From an uncultured bacterium (lineage in GTDB: Bacteria; Actinomycetota; Coriobacteriia; Coriobacteriales; Coriobacteriaceae), in contig CAJMOP010000001.1 of assembly GCA_905215115.1 (NCBI GenBank), forward strand, positions 2,797 to 66,796: a stretch of 64,000 nucleotides of DNA, given 5' to 3'. Below are positions 30,516 to 40,400 of the stretch, piece after piece (the stretch's first letter is position 1; each line of letters starts with the position of its first letter). Both the position numbers and the translations under genes were made by a program. The notes under the pieces were generated by a model that worked only from the letters and a program-made list of their open reading frames with translations, was not told the origin of the DNA and searched no databases.

Positions 30516-32069
30516 ATGGCACAGCGTCATCTTCCTGCACTCCTGATCATCATGGATGGCTGCGGCCTTGCTCCGGCCGATGGCGAGAACGCCGTCGCCG
30601 CTGCCAAGACGCCCTTCCTTGATAGCCTGTACGAGAAGTATCCTCACACCACGCTCGGTGCTTCGGGCGAGGACGTGGGCCTTCCCGACGGTCAGATGGG
30701 CAACTCCGAGGTAGGCCACCTCAACATCGGTGCCGGCCGCATCGTGTTCCAGGAGCTTTCGCGCATCAACAACGCCATCAAGGACGGCTCCATCGCCAAG
30801 AACGAGGTTTTCGTCAAAGCTATGGACGACGTCAAGGCCGAAGGCAAGACCCTGCACCTCATGGGCCTTATGAGCCCTGGCGGTGTTCATTCTCACATGA
30901 ACCACGTCGAGGCTCTGGTCAAGATGGCTGCCCAGCATGGCGTCAAGACCGTTCGCGTCCACGCCTTCATGGATGGCCGCGACGTCGACCCGCAGTCCGG
31001 TGCCGGCTACATGAGCGAGTTCTGCGCTTTCCTGGCTAAGATCTCCGAGGAGACCGGTTGCGACGCTCGCGTTGCCACCGTTTCGGGCCGCTATTGGGCC
31101 ATGGACCGCGACAACCGTTGGGAGCGCATCCAGCGCGCCTACGACGTCATGGTCAACGCGTCCGATGCCGATACCGACCCCGTTGCCGGTATCAAGGCCT
31201 ACTACGAGAAGGATCCGCGCGGCGACGAGTTCGTCGAGCCTTTCGCGGCCCACAACGAGGGCATCCACGAGGGCGACGCGGCCATCTTCTTCAACTTCCG
31301 TCCCGACCGCGCTCGTCAGATGACCCGCGTGTTCACGGACAAGGAGTTCGATGGCTTTGAGCGCGAGCAGATTAAGCTCTCGCACTTTGTGACGATGACC
31401 GAGTACGATCCGACGTTTGACGTCGAGGTCGCCTTCCCCAAGACGTTCCCCGAGAACGTCCTGGCCGACGTTATCGCCGCCAATGGCCTGAAGCAGCTGC
31501 ACACCGCCGAGACCGAGAAGTACGCTCACGTGACGTTCTTCCTCAACGGCGGCATCGAGGAGCCCAAGGAGGGCGAGGAGCGCGTGCTCGTCGCTTCCCC
31601 CAAGGTCGCTACCTACGATCTGCAGCCCGAGATGAGCGCTCCCGAGGTTACCGAGAAGCTTGTCGCCGCTATCAACGAGGATCGCGCTGATTTCTACATC
31701 GTGAACTTCGCAAATTGCGACATGGTTGGTCACACCGGTGTCTTCGACGCCGCCGTTAAGGCCGTCGAGGCTGTTGACGATGCTCTGTCCAAGGTTGTCC
31801 CGGCGATTCTCGCCAAGGGCGGCTTTGCGCTGATTACCGCCGACCACGGCAACGCCGATCACATGTTTGACGTTGCTTCCGACGGTTCCAAGCATCCGTT
31901 CACGGCTCACACCACCAACCGTGTGCCGTTCATCATCGTTGATGAGAAGGCGCAGCTCACCGGTATCGAGGACGGCCGTCTTTCCGATATCGCTCCGACC
32001 ATGCTCACCATGGCTGGTATTGAGCCTTCCGCCGAGATGACGGGTCGCGTGCTCGCCACCGAGGCCTAA
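30516..32069 (+). CDS. gpmI: 2,3-bisphosphoglycerate-independent phosphoglycerate mutase
   Basis: LIIMDGCG, MGNSEVGHLNIGAGR and ADHGNA motifs. 517 aa. Confidence 0.95.
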   Translation: MAQRHLPALLIIMDGCGLAPADGENAVAAAKTPFLDSLYEKYPHTTLGASGEDVGLPDGQMGNSEVGHLNIGAGRIVFQELSRINNAIKDGSIAKNEVFVKAMDDVKAEGKTLHLMGLMSPGGVHSHMNHVEALVKMAAQHGVKTVRVHAFMDGRDVDPQSGAGYMSEFCAFLAKISEETGCDARVATVSGRYWAMDRDNRWERIQRAYDVMVNASDADTDPVAGIKAYYEKDPRGDEFVEPFAAHNEGIHEGDAAIFFNFRPDRARQMTRVFTDKEFDGFEREQIKLSHFVTMTEYDPTFDVEVAFPKTFPENVLADVIAANGLKQLHTAETEKYAHVTFFLNGGIEEPKEGEERVLVASPKVATYDLQPEMSAPEVTEKLVAAINEDRADFYIVNFANCDMVGHTGVFDAAVKAVEAVDDALSKVVPAILAKGGFALITADHGNADHMFDVASDGSKHPFTAHTTNRVPFIIVDEKAQLTGIEDGRLSDIAPTMLTMAGIEPSAEMTGRVLATEA

Positions 32070-32096
32070 TAGAAAACAAATACCGTTTTCTTATAA

Positions 32097-32129
32097 GGGG
32101 GTTGTCCACAATCGGGCAACCCCCTTTTT
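32097..32129 (+). terminator. Rho-independent terminator of the gap-pgk-tpiA-gpmI operon
   Basis: GGGGGTTG ... CAACCCCC stem followed by TTTTT. It directly abuts the left REP-like repeat. Confidence 0.75.
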
Positions 32130-32166
32130 CTGCCATTTGGGGACGGGGTAGAAATGGCAGAAATAG
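32130..32166 (+). repeat. Left REP-like hairpin repeat flanking the RayT-like gene
   Basis: CTGCCATTTGGGGACGGGGTAGAAATGGCAGAAATAG. It folds on itself as CTGCCATTT / AAATGGCAG. Confidence 0.8.
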
Positions 32167-32304
32167 TTTTCCTCTAAAGCTTGACTTTCCGTTTGCCTGT
32201 GATGGCTTGCCGCTGGCTAGTTTTCTTTCGTTGCCAACCTTGTATTAATGCCTATCTGGGTAGAGTTTGATGCAAACTATGCTTGTGGATTGTGAGGTCC
32301 AGCA

Positions 32305-33054
32305 ATGACAAGGCAGGCCAGAGTTAAGTCCCCCTACGGCTATTACCACGTGATGATGAGAGGCTGTGGCAAGCAGTATCTATTCGAAGAGGATTATCAG
32401 CGCAGGTTTTTCTTGTCCGTAGCTGGCGAAGCATGCACGCGGTACAAGGCATCTCTGTGCGCCTGGTGCCTCATGGACAATCACGTGCATATGCTGCTTT
32501 CTGATCACGAGGACCATATGTGGGAGATTGTCCATTACATAGGAACCCTCTATGGTCAGTTTTTCAACAGGGTGACCGGACACTGTGGCCCTGTATTTCA
32601 GGATCGCTATAAAAGTAAGCCAATCGAGTCTAACGACTATTTTATGCAAGCAATTCGCTATATTCACGATAATCCGATTGAGCTTGGTTGCCGTCCGGAA
32701 TGCTACCAATGGAGCAGCTATCAAGCCTATCTTGGTGAAGGCGGCCATCTGGACCGAAGCATCCTATTTAGTCTAATCGGTGGACAGGGAAATTTTGAAT
32801 CCTTTAGCAAATCGGGCCGCAAGGATACCTATGTATTGAATACTGGTCGTTCGATGACGGTATTTGAGCAGGAGCGCAAGGCTAGGGGAGTTCTGAACGG
32901 CATGGATCCCCATAATGTTATAGGGCTTCCCGGTCCATTTGAACGTGCCGAGGCTGTTCGCAGGCTGTATGAGGCTGGCTTTAGTGAGCGACAGATTGTT
33001 CGTCTTACGGGGCTTGGACGCTATGTCGTTCAAAATGCTGTCAAATCACTTTAA
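32305..33054 (+). CDS. REP-associated tyrosine transposase-like protein (RayT / IS200-like Y1 HUH family) with C-terminal HTH
   Basis: HUH motif DNHVHMLL, catalytic-Tyr context AIRYIHDNP, and C-terminal HTH-like GFSERQIVRLTGLGRYVVQNAV. RBS GTGAGG. Confidence 0.75.
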   Translation: MTRQARVKSPYGYYHVMMRGCGKQYLFEEDYQRRFFLSVAGEACTRYKASLCAWCLMDNHVHMLLSDHEDHMWEIVHYIGTLYGQFFNRVTGHCGPVFQDRYKSKPIESNDYFMQAIRYIHDNPIELGCRPECYQWSSYQAYLGEGGHLDRSILFSLIGGQGNFESFSKSGRKDTYVLNTGRSMTVFEQERKARGVLNGMDPHNVIGLPGPFERAEAVRRLYEAGFSERQIVRLTGLGRYVVQNAVKSL

Positions 33055-33071
33055 TAGATGAAAATCAAGAG

Positions 33072-33108
33072 CTATTTCTGCCATTTCTACCCCGTCCCCG
33101 AGTGGCAG
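33072..33108 (-). repeat. Right REP-like hairpin repeat (inverted copy)
   Basis: Its reverse complement, CTGCCACTCGGGGACGGGGTAGAAATGGCAGAAATAG, differs from the left copy at 2 positions. Confidence 0.8.
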
Positions 33109-33174
33109 GTAGGGGAGAGCGGGGGATTGTGGTACAGTACTGGAGTTTGAATTGTTCTATTAAGGAGCTTATCT

Positions 33175-33429
33175 ATGGGTCCGTTTCAGATTCTTCTGTT
33201 TATCGTTTGGGCTGTTTCTGCCGTGGCGCTGACGATTCTCGTTCTGATGCATTCCGGTAAGGGCACCGGCGTTTCGGATATGATCGCTAGCTCGCTGTAT
33301 AACTCCAGCTCTGCCACGGGCGTCATGGAGCAGAACCTCGATCGCCTGACGGTAATTATGGCCGTCGTTTTTGCCGTGTGTGTCGTTCTGTGCATGTTCT
33401 TCTTCCCGCAGGGCATCGTCGGCTACTAA
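33175..33429 (+). CDS. secG: Preprotein translocase subunit SecG
   Basis: 84-aa two-TM protein with LMHSGKGTG. RBS AAGGAG. It occupies the conserved position after the glycolytic genes. Confidence 0.9.
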   Translation: MGPFQILLFIVWAVSAVALTILVLMHSGKGTGVSDMIASSLYNSSSATGVMEQNLDRLTVIMAVVFAVCVVLCMFFFPQGIVGY

Positions 33430-33454
33430 GCATCGGCGTATATACGTTTGTAAA

Positions 33455-33482
33455 GGGTCCCGCATGTGCGGGGCCCTTTTTG
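33455..33482 (+). terminator. Rho-independent terminator after secG
   Basis: GGGTCCCGCA / TGCGGGGCCC stem followed by TTTTT. Confidence 0.7.
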
Positions 33483-33719
33483 TTTACAGACTTGTAATAG
33501 AGTCAAAATATCCCCACATACTTCGCCTAACTAAAGAAATTCTCGACCGTTAACCGGAATTAGCGCCATATTGTGCATAAAATGCGCTACTGTATTGCGA
33601 AACGTTGGTCCGCACTGCATAACCAGCCATAACGGCGGACCGCGTTTGAATGGTTCGAATGGGCTGTCTCGACGTTGCCCGGCCGAATTCACTTTGTCCT
33701 ATCTCATAAGGAGGATGGC

Positions 33720-35396
33720 ATGGCTGATTCTATGTTCCACCAGCCCGTTATGGGTCGTCGCGCCTTTGTTGGCGGCACCCTCGCTGCGAGCTCCATGGCT
33801 TTTCTTGCCGCGTGCGGCAAGAAGGGCGGCGACGCTTCCGGATCTGACTCCGGTTCGACGCTGAACTTCTACATCAACAACCCGGTCTGCATCGACCCCT
33901 ACAACGTCCAGGAGGATCAGGGCACTCAGGTCGAGTACCAGCTCTTCGACGCTCTGACGGAGTACGACCCCGAGAAGGGCGAGATCGTTCCGCTGGCTTG
34001 CGAGTCCTTTGAGGCTAACGACGACGCCACCGAGTTCACCTTCAAGATCAAGAAGGCCAAGTTCCACAACGGTGACGACGTTACTTCCAAGTCCTTCAAG
34101 CTCGGTTGGGAGCGCCTGGTCAACACCAAGTCGGCCATCGCTACCGAGTATGGTCCTTCCGAGGTCTCCTACCACCTTTCCATGGTCGAGGGCTATGACG
34201 ATCTGCTTGCCGGCAACGCTACCGAGCTCAGCGGTGTTACTTGCCCCGACGATGAGACCCTCGTCGTCAAGCTGTCTTCCGCTTACGCCGACTTCCCCTT
34301 CGTCGCCTCTCACCCGGCTCTGTCCCCGGTTCCCGAGTGCGCCGAGTCCGATGTCAAGAGCTTCTACCTTGCCCCGGTCGGTAACGGCCCGTTCATGATG
34401 GACGGCAAGTGGGAGGATGGTCAGGAGATCAACCTCAAGAAGTTTGACGATTACTATGGCGACAAGGCCAAGATCGACGCCATCCACTTCCAGGTCATCA
34501 AGGACATGGAGACCGCTTACAAGGAGTTCCAGGCCGGTAACCTCGATGTCTGCGACGTTCCCGTTGCTCAGATCGATGCCGCCAAGAAGGACCGTGGCGA
34601 GTCCAAGGACGGTTACACCATGGGTGACGGCGAGCATATGCTGCTCGGTGCCGAGCCTTCCACGTACTATCTGACCTGCAACACCACGGCCGAGCCGTTC
34701 AATAACGCCGACCTGCGCAAGGGCATCTCCCTGGCCATCAACCGTGAGGCCATCTGCAAGACCATCTTCAAGGGTACCCGTACCCCCGCCGACGGTATTG
34801 TTCCTCCGGGAATCGCCGGCTACAAGGAGGGCGCATGGGAGTTCTGCGCCTATGACGTCGACAAGGCTAACGAGTACCTCGACAAGGTCGCTCCCGCTGG
34901 CGCTAACGGCGATCGTGGCATTAGCGTGACCCTTTCCTACAACCAGGACGGTGGTCACAAGGAGATCATGGAGTCCATCATCGGCGACCTCGCCAAGGTT
35001 GGCGTTACCGCTGTCTCCGATACCCCTGAGTGGTCTGCCCTGCTCGAGCAGTATCAGAACTTCAACTATCAGTTCGGCCGTCTGGGCTGGATCGCCGATT
35101 ACCCGATCATGGACAACTTCCTGTACCCGCTGTTCCACTCCGACTCCCTCGGTGGCGACAACCGCTCCGGTTACAGTAACCCCGAGTTCGATGCCAAGGT
35201 CGACGAGGCCCGCACCACGGTTGATGACGAGGAGCGCATCGCCAAGATGCGGGAGGCCGACGCCATGGTCGCTGCTGACTGCCCGGTTATCCCGGTGATG
35301 TTCTACACGCACACCATCGCTGGCTCTGACCGCGTCAAGCATCTCTATGTTGATCCGCAGAAGCACGCCGATCTGGGTACCGCCGAGCTCGCCTAA
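33720..35396 (+). CDS. oppA: Oligopeptide ABC transporter substrate-binding lipoprotein
   Basis: Tat-like and lipobox signal GRRAFVGGTLAASSMAFLAACG. Family-5 SBP. RBS AAGGAGG. Confidence 0.85.
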   Translation: MADSMFHQPVMGRRAFVGGTLAASSMAFLAACGKKGGDASGSDSGSTLNFYINNPVCIDPYNVQEDQGTQVEYQLFDALTEYDPEKGEIVPLACESFEANDDATEFTFKIKKAKFHNGDDVTSKSFKLGWERLVNTKSAIATEYGPSEVSYHLSMVEGYDDLLAGNATELSGVTCPDDETLVVKLSSAYADFPFVASHPALSPVPECAESDVKSFYLAPVGNGPFMMDGKWEDGQEINLKKFDDYYGDKAKIDAIHFQVIKDMETAYKEFQAGNLDVCDVPVAQIDAAKKDRGESKDGYTMGDGEHMLLGAEPSTYYLTCNTTAEPFNNADLRKGISLAINREAICKTIFKGTRTPADGIVPPGIAGYKEGAWEFCAYDVDKANEYLDKVAPAGANGDRGISVTLSYNQDGGHKEIMESIIGDLAKVGVTAVSDTPEWSALLEQYQNFNYQFGRLGWIADYPIMDNFLYPLFHSDSLGGDNRSGYSNPEFDAKVDEARTTVDDEERIAKMREADAMVAADCPVIPVMFYTHTIAGSDRVKHLYVDPQKHADLGTAELA

Positions 35397-35553
35397 GGGT
35401 TTTGCAGCTTCCGTGAGGGTCAAGTATTTACGTAGACCTCATGGGAAACATACAGTTCTCCCTAACCTGGGGTAAACTGGCTGATGGTAATTTTGGGATG
35501 CCGGTCTGGCGATCGGCATCCCATTTAGGTTAATCCCTAGATAGGGGAGTGGT

Positions 35554-36591
35554 ATGGGTAAGTACATCGTTAAACGTGTGCTTCAGTTCATCCCGGTGTT
35601 TTTGGGCGTTACGCTGATTCTGTTCGCCCTCCAGAATATCGTGCCGGGAGATCCGATCAAGCTGATCGGTGGAGACAAGGCTCTGTCCCCCGAGGTGGAG
35701 CTTCAGCTTCGCGTTCGCTATCACCTGGTCCAGACGGACGAGGACGGCAACGCGATCCTTGACGAGAACGGCGACCCCGTTCAAACGTCGCTCGTGGACC
35801 GTTACTTGTATTACATGAACGGCCTGCTTCATGGCGATCTGGGCAATTCGTACCAGCGCAAGCTGCCGGTTACGGAAATCTTTGCCCAGAAGTATCCGTA
35901 TACGGTCAAACTTGCCGCGTGCGCCATCGTGCTCGAGGCAATCATGGGTATCGGTGCGGGTATCATTTCGGCGGTTAAGCGTTATTCCTTCTGGGATATT
36001 TTGGTAACGCTCACCACGTCGATTCTCGTTGCCGTCCCGGCCTTCTGGCTCGGTATGTTGCTGCAGCTGTTCTTTGGCGTCATTCTCAAGGACGCCACGG
36101 GCGGTGCATTCTCCATGCCGATCTCGGGTGCCGGCGGTTCCAGCTCTCAGTATCAGGATTGGATGCACTATGTGCTTCCGACCATCACGCTGGCTTCGGT
36201 TTCGACCGCTTATGCCGCCCGCATTATGCGCTCGCAGCTGCTTGACGTCATGAACCAGGATTACATCCGTACGGCAAAGGCCAAGGGTCTCTCCAATCGC
36301 GCGATCATTATCAAGCATGCGCTTAAGAATGCACTCATCCCCGTCGTTACCTATATTGGTGTCGACTTCGGCGGCATGCTTTCGGGCGCCATCCTGACCG
36401 AGACGGTCTTTAACTGGCCCGGCATCGGCTTCGAGGTCTACCGCGCCATTAGCATGCGCGACTGGCCCATCGTTATGGGCGGCGTTACGCTCATTGTTGC
36501 CGTCGTTATGGTGATCAACCTGCTCGTCGACATTAGCTATGCATTCCTCGACCCGCGCATCCGCCTTGGCGGTCCGTCGGATAAGGCCTAA
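35554..36591 (+). CDS. oppB: Oligopeptide ABC transporter permease
   Basis: MGKYIVKRVLQFIPV start and BPD-type permease ending LDPRIR. Confidence 0.9.
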   Translation: MGKYIVKRVLQFIPVFLGVTLILFALQNIVPGDPIKLIGGDKALSPEVELQLRVRYHLVQTDEDGNAILDENGDPVQTSLVDRYLYYMNGLLHGDLGNSYQRKLPVTEIFAQKYPYTVKLAACAIVLEAIMGIGAGIISAVKRYSFWDILVTLTTSILVAVPAFWLGMLLQLFFGVILKDATGGAFSMPISGAGGSSSQYQDWMHYVLPTITLASVSTAYAARIMRSQLLDVMNQDYIRTAKAKGLSNRAIIIKHALKNALIPVVTYIGVDFGGMLSGAILTETVFNWPGIGFEVYRAISMRDWPIVMGGVTLIVAVVMVINLLVDISYAFLDPRIRLGGPSDKA

Positions 36592-36605
36592 GGGAGGTAC
36601 GTCTC

Positions 36606-37541
36606 ATGCAGGAAACTGATTCTCAGTCTCAGGAGCAGGCTACCGCCACCAAGGCCGCATCTGCTCCCGCCAAGTCCCGCACGCTGTGGGGCGACGCTTT
36701 TAAGCGTCTTCGTAAGAACAAGCTCGCCGTTATCGGTGTCTGCTGGATCATCATCGTTGTTGTGGTCGCCCTGACCGCCGATCTGTGGGCTAAGCCCTGG
36801 CTCGGCTCTCCTACGGCTTCTGACTCGACCACCATGGCCGAGACTTCGCTGCTGGCTCCGTGTGCCGAGCACCCGTTTGGCACCGACTCTCTTGGTCGTG
36901 ACATTCTCGTCCGTGTTATCTACGGTGCACGCGTTTCGCTTTCCGTCGGTATTATGGCCACCGCCATCTCTACGGTGATCGGTCTGGTCATGGGCGCCCT
37001 GGCCGGTTTCTATGGCGGCATCTGGGATACGATCATCATGCGCTGTGCGGACATCTTCCTGGCGTTCCCGTACGTGCTGTTCGTTGTTGCCATGATTGCC
37101 GTTATCGGTCGTGGTCTTCAGAATGTCTTCATCGCCATCGGTATTCTCGGCTGGCCCTCGATTGCCCGTGTCTTCCGATCTGCGATCCTAACGGTCAAAG
37201 AGAACGACTATGTTGACGCCGCTCGCGCCATGGGTGCATCCGATGCCCGCATCGTAATGCGCCATATTTTCCCGAACTCCGTTGCTTCCATCGTGGTCTA
37301 CGCGACCATGAACATCGGTGGCGCCATTCTGACCGAGTCCGCTCTGTCCTTCCTCGGCATGGGCGTTATTCCGCCTACGCCTTCGTGGGGCTCCATGATT
37401 CAGGACGGTCAGCAGTATCTTCTGACTGCTCCCTGGATGATGATCATGCCCGGTTTGGCAATTCTCTCGACGGTGCTCGCCTTCACCCTGCTGGGTGACG
37501 GTCTGCGCGACGCCCTCGACGTCAAGATGAAGGACGCATAA
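36606..37541 (+). CDS. oppC: Oligopeptide ABC transporter permease
   Basis: OppC-type N-terminal region and permease core. RBS AGGGAGG. Confidence 0.9.
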   Translation: MQETDSQSQEQATATKAASAPAKSRTLWGDAFKRLRKNKLAVIGVCWIIIVVVVALTADLWAKPWLGSPTASDSTTMAETSLLAPCAEHPFGTDSLGRDILVRVIYGARVSLSVGIMATAISTVIGLVMGALAGFYGGIWDTIIMRCADIFLAFPYVLFVVAMIAVIGRGLQNVFIAIGILGWPSIARVFRSAILTVKENDYVDAARAMGASDARIVMRHIFPNSVASIVVYATMNIGGAILTESALSFLGMGVIPPTPSWGSMIQDGQQYLLTAPWMMIMPGLAILSTVLAFTLLGDGLRDALDVKMKDA

Positions 37542-37543
37542 GG

Positions 37544-38635
37544 ATGAAGAAGAACAAGAACTATGTGGACCTGAAGGACCAGCCGGTTCCCGAGGGCCAG
37601 CATCTGCTCGAGGTCGATGACCTTAAGATGTATTTCCACACCGAGGATGGCGTTGTTCGCGCTGTCGATGGCGTGTCCTACACGCTCGATCGCGGTGAGA
37701 CCCTGGGTGTCGTCGGTGAGTCCGGCTCTGGTAAGTCCGTGACCGCCATGACCATCATGGGCCTCATCTCGATGCCTCCGGGAAAGATTGAGGGCGGCGA
37801 CGTTCGCTACCGCGGTCGTTCGATCCTCGAGATGACCGAGGAAGAAATGCAGCATATTCGCGGCAACGATATCGCGATGATCTTCCAGGATCCTATGACC
37901 TCCCTGAACCCGGTCTATAAGATCGGCAAGCAGGTGGGCGAGGGACTTCGTCTGCACCGTGGCTACTCCAAGCAGGAGGCGCTCAAGCGAGCCACCGAGC
38001 TTTTGGACCTCGTTGGCATTCCCGAGCCCGAGAAGCGCGTCAACGAGTATCCGCACCAGTTCTCTGGTGGCATGCGTCAGCGCGTCATGATTGCCATGGC
38101 GCTTGCCTGCGATCCCGATATCCTGATTGCCGATGAGCCCACGACTGCTCTGGACGTTACCATCCAGGCTCAGATTATTGAGCTGATGCAGGAAATGCAG
38201 GAGAAGAACGGCAACGCCATTATCATGATCACCCACGACCTTGGCGTTGTCGCCGATATGGCCGATAAGATCATGGTTATGTACGCCGGCCGTCCCGTCG
38301 AGTTCGGTACTGCCGAAGAGATCTTCTACGAGAGCCGTCATCCCTACACCTGGGGCCTTATCCGCTCCATCCCGGAGCAGGCCATCGAGGAGAAGAAGCC
38401 GCTGACGCCGATTCACGGCAACCCGCCTTCGCTCATGAACCTGCCCGAGGGCTGCGTCTTCTCTCCTCGCTGCCCCTATGCGACGGACAAGTGCCGCAAG
38501 CAGCGCCCCGAGCGCGTTGTCACCGAGTCCGGCCACTATTCTGCGTGCCATTATTCCGGTGACCCCGAGTTCCTCAAGAACGCGCCTGAGACGTCCCGCA
38601 CGCGCAAGGATTCCAAGAAGGGAGGCGAGGCGTAA
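37544..38635 (+). CDS. oppD: Oligopeptide ABC transporter ATP-binding protein
   Basis: [16 protein letters not shown], and a C-terminal oligopeptide-type Cys motif. Confidence 0.9.
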   Translation: MKKNKNYVDLKDQPVPEGQHLLEVDDLKMYFHTEDGVVRAVDGVSYTLDRGETLGVVGESGSGKSVTAMTIMGLISMPPGKIEGGDVRYRGRSILEMTEEEMQHIRGNDIAMIFQDPMTSLNPVYKIGKQVGEGLRLHRGYSKQEALKRATELLDLVGIPEPEKRVNEYPHQFSGGMRQRVMIAMALACDPDILIADEPTTALDVTIQAQIIELMQEMQEKNGNAIIMITHDLGVVADMADKIMVMYAGRPVEFGTAEEIFYESRHPYTWGLIRSIPEQAIEEKKPLTPIHGNPPSLMNLPEGCVFSPRCPYATDKCRKQRPERVVTESGHYSACHYSGDPEFLKNAPETSRTRKDSKKGGEA

Positions 38636-39664
<1,029 letters not shown>

Positions 39665-39680
39665 TCGGTTGTTCTCGTCC

Positions 39681-39804
39681 GGGCCCGCCTGGTGTTACTT
39701 TTCAGAACGTCCTCGGACATGTCGGAAGCCCCGCTGCGCGCTACGCGCTGCGGGGCTTCCTCCGTCCTGCGGAATGTTCTGAAAAGCAACACCAGGGCGG
39801 GCCC
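39681..39804. repeat. Composite nested hairpin element E1 (124 nt)
   Basis: 28-bp outer stem (GGGCCCGCCTGGTGTTACTTTTCAGAAC / GTTCTGAAAAGCAACACCAGGGCGGGCCC) with one A:C mismatch and one bulge. Internal loops are GTCCTCGGACATGTC and TCCGTCCTGCGGAAT. Inner hairpin is GGAAGCCCCGC-T-GCGCG(CTA)CGCGC-T-GCGGGGCTTCC. Confidence 0.9.
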
Positions 39805-39870
39805 TGCGTTAACGCGGCAGAGGGGAGTGAGATTCCTTGATCGCTCACTTAATCTAATAGGAAAGTTAGT

Positions 39871-39925
39871 GAGGCCGGAGCTTTGGCTCCGGCCTCCCCA
39901 TATAAGGGCTCGGCTTTGCCGAGCC
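39871..39925. other. Two simple GC-rich hairpins in the spacer between E1 and E2
   Basis: GAGGCCGGAGC-TTTG-GCTCCGGCCTC (39871-39896) and GGCTCGGC-TTT-GCCGAGCC (39907-39925). Confidence 0.7.
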
Positions 39926-39985
39926 ACCAAATTTGCATCAGCCCCAGAACATGTTTGAGAACTGTGCCTGGAGTATGTGTTGGTA

Positions 39986-40110
39986 GGCCCCGAATCGGTG
40001 TTGCCTCCCGGCGCATTCCGCAGGGGGAGCGATATTTTGCAGCACGAAGTGCGTAGCAAAATATCGCCCATGCCCGAGGACGCGCCGGGAGGCAACACCG
40101 ATTCGGGGCC
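39986..40110. repeat. Composite nested hairpin element E2 (125 nt), inverted relative to E1
   Basis: Perfect 29-bp outer stem (GGCCCCGAATCGGTGTTGCCTCCCGGCGC and its complement). Loops are ATTCCGCAGGGGGA and CCATGCCCGAGGAC. Inner stem is GCGATATTTTGC / GCAAAATATCGC. Confidence 0.9.
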
Positions 40111-40167
40111 GGGCATACGGATCTACCTGCGCATTTACAAATTCGTAAACTTTTTTGAAAAAAGTGC

Positions 40168-40197
40168 TTGCACAGTTCTCGAATCATAGGTTATTAT
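40168..40197 (+). promoter_or_regulatory. Candidate promoter of tRNA-Leu with an upstream A-tract
   Basis: TTTTTTGAAAAAAGTGC-TTGCAC-N18-TATTAT. It shares the AAAAAAGTNCTTGC architecture with the other two tRNA promoters. Confidence 0.55.
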
Positions 40198-40251
40198 CTT
40201 CCTCGTTGAACGCGCGGGTCCAACAAAACGAACCGCGAAACAACATAGCAT

Positions 40252-40341
40252 GTCGGAGTGGCGGAATTGGCAGACGCGCTAGCTTGAGGTGCTAGTGACC
40301 GCTTTTTGGTCATGCGGGTTCAAGTCCCGCCTCCGACACCA
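40252..40341 (+). tRNA. tRNA-Leu (anticodon GAG), CCA encoded
   Basis: Acceptor GTCGGAG/CTCCGAC, anticodon arm CTAGC-TTGAGGT-GCTAG, long variable arm, and T-arm GCGGG-TTCAAGT-CCCGC. Confidence 0.9.
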
Positions 40342-40352
40342 TCGCATTTGAG

Positions 40353-40375
40353 AAGCCTCTTCGGAGGCTTTTTTG
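40353..40375 (+). terminator. Rho-independent terminator after tRNA-Leu
   Basis: AAGCCTC-TTCG-GAGGCTT followed by TTTTTT. Confidence 0.8.
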
Positions 40376-40400
40376 TTACCGATAGACGGTGAGGTCCACG

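Larger units (their letters stand above)
32130..33108 (+). mobile_element. REPtron-like unit: RayT/IS200-like HUH transposase gene bracketed by inverted 37-nt hairpin repeats
   Basis: The two 37-nt repeats are in inverted orientation and match at 35/37 positions. The interior is visibly AT-richer than the flanks. The unit sits in the gpmI-secG intergenic region. Confidence 0.65.

Noticed and set aside
39681-40110. Interpreting the composite hairpins E1-E4 as integron attC sites, retron msr/msd, invertons or a CRISPR array.
   Set aside because: - **attC:** no RYYYAAC/GTTRRRY core sites at the element ends and no integrase nearby.
- **Retron:** no reverse transcriptase nearby.
- **Inverton:** the interiors are themselves hairpins, about 40-70 nt, and so unlikely to be invertible promoters.
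- **CRISPR:** there is no regular repeat-spacer periodicity and no cas genes.
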